This document shows positions 59,627-64,000 of a stretch of 64,000 nt of DNA, piece by piece. The stretch is from a virus. The notes beneath the pieces are model-generated. The model saw only the letters and a list, made by a program, of their open reading frames with translations, made no database searches and was not told the origin of the DNA. Position 1 is the stretch's first letter; each line of letters opens with the position of its first letter. Location: IMG/VR virus record IMGVR_UViG_3300020055_000004; one strand, written 5' to 3'. The position numbers were made by a program, and so were the translations under genes.

Positions 59627-59890
59627 ATGAAAAAGATAGCTATTATGCTACTAGCCTTAACGCCTTTCTTTGCAATGGCTGAAGAGCCAAAAGAAGAAAC
59701 AATTATTGCAGTTGTGTTAGAAGATAAATACACATGGAAGCTGCAATTAGAACAGTGCCACAAAGAGATCGATCCTGATAAAGAACTCATTGTGGTTAAA
59801 AAGAAATTTCCTGCACAAACTGTTACTGTTAAACAAGACAGACGACAGTTTCGATGTCAGGTAAAAAGGTTAGAAGTTACAATCGTTTGA
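59627..59890 (+). CDS. small exported protein
   Basis: AAGGAG SD; signal peptide MKKIAIMLLALTPFFAMA; 2 Cys. Confidence 0.6.
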   Translation: MKKIAIMLLALTPFFAMAEEPKEETIIAVVLEDKYTWKLQLEQCHKEIDPDKELIVVKKKFPAQTVTVKQDRRQFRCQVKRLEVTIV

Positions 59891-59916
59891 GGACATGAGT
59901 CCTCGTGGGAGGACAA

Positions 59917-60462
59917 ATGGCAATCGAAGATATTGAGTTAGATGTTGGTGGAACCAAGTTTAAAGGTATTTGGATTGCCGTTTTGTTCTCTTTTGCTTCA
60001 ACTATCGGCGGCGGTATTTGGGCCGCCTCCGAATTCTTTTCGCGTCTCGCACTTCTAGAAGACGAAGTAGCAGCATCAGTTGCTGCGTCTGAAACTATTG
60101 ATGCAAGATTTGAAGACTTCCGCGAAGTGTGGGTTGACGATAAGAAAACAATTACAAGCGACTTAGCTGTAGCTCAGCAACAAATTCAAGATGCCAACAT
60201 CGATGAACTACAAGGTAAATTGTCAGGTCTCGATACAAATCTCAAAACCATTTTAGAACGACAGGCCGAATTGATTGCAATTCAAGAGCGTGTTGTTCAA
60301 GTCGAAAAACAAATTACGGAAACAGAAACTCTAGTCCAGAAAGCCGAGTTGATGATGAAAGATGCGGACAAGATTCAAATAAAGCTTGATCGTATGGCGA
60401 AAGAAATTGAAGATTTATGGGAAGGCCTAGATTATCTGTCTAACCCATATGGCACTAACTAG
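59917..60462 (+). CDS. single-TM coiled-coil protein
   Basis: GGAGG SD; IWIAVLFSFASTIGGGIWAA then long heptads. Confidence 0.6.
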   Translation: MAIEDIELDVGGTKFKGIWIAVLFSFASTIGGGIWAASEFFSRLALLEDEVAASVAASETIDARFEDFREVWVDDKKTITSDLAVAQQQIQDANIDELQGKLSGLDTNLKTILERQAELIAIQERVVQVEKQITETETLVQKAELMMKDADKIQIKLDRMAKEIEDLWEGLDYLSNPYGTN

Positions 60463-60745
60463 ATTATTTCCTATTTTACTTTTATCCGGTTGTGCAGTAC
60501 AATGGTCTCCAGACTATACAGTGCGCAAAGATATAACTGGCAATGAATATTACGAAGTAACTTTAGGTGTTACATATCCAAAAAAACAATTTATGACTGC
60601 AGAGGAATACGAAGAATTTCGTAATCTTCCAGAACACCAAAAACAAAAGATGATAGAAGCCTATGAAGAGCGCGAGAAAATGGAAGAGAAATGGAAAGAA
60701 TTTATTAGCTGTATGTTGGAGCTTCCACCTTTTAGATCATGTTAA
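60449..60745 (+). CDS. lipoprotein
   Basis: LLLSG-C lipobox. Confidence 0.6.
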   Translation: MALTRLFPILLLSGCAVQWSPDYTVRKDITGNEYYEVTLGVTYPKKQFMTAEEYEEFRNLPEHQKQKMIEAYEEREKMEEKWKEFISCMLELPPFRSC

Positions 60746-61380
60746 TTTATTATCATCATATTATGAAGACAGGTGGCACTGCTATTCGTAAGTGGATGGA
60801 AAATTCTGATCGTTATGCAAATGCACAGCATCGTCAACACACATCCTACAGCCAGGTTTATATTATAAAAAATCATTTCTACGTTTATAATCATATTACG
60901 AATATCAAAAATATCAAAATAAAGTTTGAACCTGTGAAACATATCATTTCGATTAGAGATCCGATCGACCGACATACTTCTAAGTACATCAAAACAGATC
61001 TTGATTTTCTTAATCTTAAACCAGTTAAACATATCATTTCGATTAGAGATCCGATCAGTCGACATATTTCTGTAATGAATTACAGTTTACAAGAAGGATA
61101 TGAAATATTTTCAACTGAAAATGGAATCGATCAATTGCAATGGCTAAATAATAACTTATCTCAAATGAATTCATACGAATTTGTTCGTCAAGAATTTCAT
61201 CAAGAAGATTTTAACAAGGCGTTTGAAAACGATGATATCTTATCATTGCAAAATGTTACTCAAGTTAAAAAATATTCTTGGGATACAATGAGTGAGGAGG
61301 AAAAAGATAAGCTTCGACAAAGATACGAACCTGAATATAACATGTTAAAATCTCTCGGAATACAGTATAATATTCCATAA
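60739..61380 (+). CDS. sulfotransferase family protein with internal duplication
   Basis: HIMKTGGTAI (5'-PSB loop); ISIRDPI.R..S (3'-PB) present twice. Confidence 0.7.
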   Translation: MLIYYHHIMKTGGTAIRKWMENSDRYANAQHRQHTSYSQVYIIKNHFYVYNHITNIKNIKIKFEPVKHIISIRDPIDRHTSKYIKTDLDFLNLKPVKHIISIRDPISRHISVMNYSLQEGYEIFSTENGIDQLQWLNNNLSQMNSYEFVRQEFHQEDFNKAFENDDILSLQNVTQVKKYSWDTMSEEEKDKLRQRYEPEYNMLKSLGIQYNIP

Positions 61381-61397
61381 GCGTGAGGACTTATATT

Positions 61398-62336
61398 ATG
61401 AATGATGATTTTTTGTGGGTCGAGAAATATCGACCTCGTACCGTATCCGATACTATCCTACCGGATCAACTCAAACAAACCTTTCAACAATTTGTTAACG
61501 ATGGCAATGTTCCTAATCTTATCTTGACCGGTAGCGCCGGTGTTGGTAAGACTACGATTGCCAAAGCCATGCTCGAAGAACTTGACTGCGACTACATCGT
61601 CATCAATGGTTCGATGAATGGTAATATTGACACCCTTCGCAACGATATCATGTCGTTTGCATCCTCAGTATCTCTCCAAGGCGGTCGCAAATATGTGATT
61701 CTCGACGAAGCAGATTACCTTAATCCTAACTCTACTCAACCTGCTCTTCGTAACTTCATGGAAGAGTTCTCCAAAAACTGTGGCTTCATTCTTACATGCA
61801 ACTTTAAGAACAAGATTATTGATCCACTACACTCTCGATGTAGTGTGGTCGAGTTTAAACTTGATAAAGATCAACGTATGGAATGTGCTGCTCAAATGTT
61901 CAAACGAACATGTACAATTCTTAATCAAGAAAATGTAGAGTTTGATAAAGCAGTTGTTGCTGAAGTAGTGAAGAAGCATTTCCCTGATAATCGTCGTATT
62001 CTTAATGAGCTTCAACGATATTCTGCTACAGGACGCATAGATACTGGCATCCTAAATAATTTACAAGAAGTGACGATGACTAATTTAGTCTCATCTCTCA
62101 AACAGAAAGATTTCACTTCGGTTCGTAAATGGGTGGCAGAGAATAGTGATGCAGACAATACAACAATCTTTCGGCGACTTTATGACAAGTGTTCTGACTT
62201 CATGGCGCCAAGTAGCATACCTCAATTGGTCCTTATTCTTGCCGATTATCAATATAAGGCTGCATTTGTTGCAGATCATGAAATCAATATGACTGCATGT
62301 CTTACTGAGATCATGGCCAATTGTGAGTTTACATGA
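61398..62336 (+). CDS. gp44: clamp loader large subunit gp44
   Basis: LWVEKYRP, GSAGVGKTT, DEAD, LHSRC. Confidence 0.96.
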   Translation: MNDDFLWVEKYRPRTVSDTILPDQLKQTFQQFVNDGNVPNLILTGSAGVGKTTIAKAMLEELDCDYIVINGSMNGNIDTLRNDIMSFASSVSLQGGRKYVILDEADYLNPNSTQPALRNFMEEFSKNCGFILTCNFKNKIIDPLHSRCSVVEFKLDKDQRMECAAQMFKRTCTILNQENVEFDKAVVAEVVKKHFPDNRRILNELQRYSATGRIDTGILNNLQEVTMTNLVSSLKQKDFTSVRKWVAENSDADNTTIFRRLYDKCSDFMAPSSIPQLVLILADYQYKAAFVADHEINMTACLTEIMANCEFT

Positions 62337-62860
62337 TTTTAATTAATAATTTTTTATCACTGGAAGATTGTCTTAAAGTTTCAGAAGATAAAAATAAACT
62401 CTGGAAAGAAAATTGTTGGACAATCAATAAGCACAACTGGGAACCCAACTTAACAGCTGGTCTATATGGATCTGTCTATATGACCAATGTTTCTCCTGAA
62501 ATTAATGTCAGAGTAGGATTTTATATCGACAAATATTTTGATAATAAAGTAGATTGGGATAGAACTAATATACAACATTTTGTATGGGATACTAATTCTG
62601 GCATAAACTGGCACAACGATAGGGGATATGATTTTGCCGGTACCATTTATATAAATGAACACTATAATCCTGATTGGGGTGGTATTTTCGAATATTTTGA
62701 GAATGTAGATAGTCAACAAAAACATTCCATATGTCCTGAGCAAGGACTATTCGTGATCAACACTATAGGTCAATTACATCGTGTAACTAAAATTACACAT
62801 CCTATGATGGATATTTTTAGACACACAATACAAATTTTCGGAAAGTTTAAAGATGTTTAA
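62333..62860 (+). CDS. 2OG-Fe(II) oxygenase (prolyl-hydroxylase-like)
   Basis: WHND, TIYIN..DWGGIF, HRV, R.TIQ. Confidence 0.8.
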   Translation: MILINNFLSLEDCLKVSEDKNKLWKENCWTINKHNWEPNLTAGLYGSVYMTNVSPEINVRVGFYIDKYFDNKVDWDRTNIQHFVWDTNSGINWHNDRGYDFAGTIYINEHYNPDWGGIFEYFENVDSQQKHSICPEQGLFVINTIGQLHRVTKITHPMMDIFRHTIQIFGKFKDV

Positions 62861-63038
62861 GAAAAAACGCCCTCTATGTGAGGTTGATGTGTGTGATAAT
62901 TTTCTCCCTGATACTGGAGATTGTGGTACAATTGTGCTTGGCGAACATGAGTTTAAAGTGTGTGATGAATGCTATAAGCTTATGGAGAATATACAAATAA
63001 AATTTGAGGAGCGCGAAGACGATGAGCAATCCCTTTGA
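62853..63038 (+). CDS. small Cys-containing (zinc-finger-like) protein
   Basis: CEVDVC..CDEC. Confidence 0.45.
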   Translation: MFKKKRPLCEVDVCDNFLPDTGDCGTIVLGEHEFKVCDECYKLMENIQIKFEEREDDEQSL

Positions 63039-63408
63039 GTATCTGAACTCTATCAATGTCACTAAACAAAATCTTATGCGTGGTTCCAATGATGATGTGA
63101 TCGCAGAAAAAGATTATTTGCCATTCATGGTCAATCGTGGTTTGTCATATTTTCAAGATACAATAGCACTCGCTAACGAGATGAATATTCATCATGAGCT
63201 CGATAAAAAGCTTCAATACGAGTTTCTTATAAATATTGTTAGAAAACGAAAAAGATTTTCTAAGTGGTACAAGAAAGAAGACGATAGTGATATCGAAGCG
63301 GTTATGGAATATTATGGATATAGCAATGAACGAGCTTCTCAAGCACTCACAATCCTCTCTCAAGACCAGATAAAAACAATAAAGAGCCGAATAGAAAAAG
63401 GTGGATAG
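63022..63408 (+). CDS. gp62: clamp loader small subunit gp62
   Basis: YLPFMVNRGLS..ANEMN..RKRKRFSKW..YYGYS. Confidence 0.9.
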   Translation: MSNPFEYLNSINVTKQNLMRGSNDDVIAEKDYLPFMVNRGLSYFQDTIALANEMNIHHELDKKLQYEFLINIVRKRKRFSKWYKKEDDSDIEAVMEYYGYSNERASQALTILSQDQIKTIKSRIEKGG

Positions 63409-63411
63409 TAC

Positions 63412-63807
63412 ATGAATATCGACTCACTTGTAGAGGTAGAGTTGGTGTCAGACGATGACTTTTTAAAAGTAAGAGAGACACTCACTCGTATTGGAATTGC
63501 TTCGCCAAAAGAAAGAAAGCTATATCAATCATGCCATATTCTTCATAAACGTGGCAAATACTACATCGTACATTTCAAAGAACTCTTTGCCCTTGATGGC
63601 AAGCCTACTAATTTTTCTGAACAAGACGAGAGTCGTCGTAATACTATTACGAAGCTTCTTGCTGACTGGAATCTTATTAGAGTTGTAGAACAAAAACAAA
63701 TTGAAGAATTACAAGCACCTCTGAACCAGATTAAGATTATTGCTCATAAAGATAAAAATGACTGGGAATTGGTGGCCAAATATAATATAGGTAATAAGAA
63801 AAAGTAA
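63412..63807 (+). CDS. regA: translational repressor RegA
   Basis: DDFLKVRETLTRIGI..LYQSCHILHKRGKYYIVHFKELF. Confidence 0.97.
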   Translation: MNIDSLVEVELVSDDDFLKVRETLTRIGIASPKERKLYQSCHILHKRGKYYIVHFKELFALDGKPTNFSEQDESRRNTITKLLADWNLIRVVEQKQIEELQAPLNQIKIIAHKDKNDWELVAKYNIGNKKK

Positions 63808-63811
63808 GGCA

Positions 63812-63840
63812 TGTACATTTCATGGGATCTGTAGTAGAAT
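63812..63840 (+). promoter_or_regulatory. sigma70-like promoter TGTACA-N17-TAGAAT
   Basis: motif and spacing. Confidence 0.75.
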
Positions 63841-63861
63841 AGATCTTGATGAGGAGAACAT

Positions 63862-64000
63862 ATGGCTACGATACGTACAACTGGATTGGATAAATTGCAG
63901 CAAAAACTGGCTAAGAGATTTATCCGGTGGACAATGAAAAAATTCTTTCCAAGATCATATTATACTTTTTCTATTAAAATAAAAGGTAGTAATGATCTTT
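63862..64000 (+). CDS. partial hypothetical protein (runs off the window)
   Basis: GAGGAG SD and promoter; open to the end of the window. Confidence 0.55.
   Translation, partial: MATIRTTGLDKLQQKLAKRFIRWTMKKFFPRSYYTFSIKIKGSNDL

Overview
64 kb of an AT-rich, T4-like (Tevenvirinae/Kyanoviridae-style) myovirus genome with every credible gene on the + strand. The host is probably an aquatic Gram-negative heterotroph (inference from the spanin pair and isocitrate lyase). Gene order: 2OG-Fe(II)/cupin oxygenases; tail-fibre and LamG virion proteins; a 1438-aa modular repeat protein where T4 has fibritin; gp13-gp20; a ~10 kb non-T4 insert (collagen, stand-alone Hint domain, large paralogous virion proteins); gp67-gp21-gp22-gp23-gp3; uvsY, uvsW, gp55, gp47, gp46; a ~9.5 kb DNA-modification locus; gp45; an island with tRNA-Thr, tRNA-Asn, aceA, a PhyH dioxygenase, exported/membrane proteins and a sulfotransferase; then gp44, gp62, regA. 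The best candidate for an undescribed system is the locus at 44650-54122. It combines a T4-type dCMP hydroxymethylase (5hmC) with machinery known from thymidine hypermodification (two amino-acid:DNA-transferase-like paralogs and a PLP enzyme). It also encodes a cytidylyltransferase, a protein that looks like a beta-glucosyltransferase N-domain fused to an SGNH domain, and a C5-methyltransferase-like protein with eroded SAM motifs. Together these suggest a new cytosine hypermodification. All family calls come from motif recognition by eye, not from database searches.
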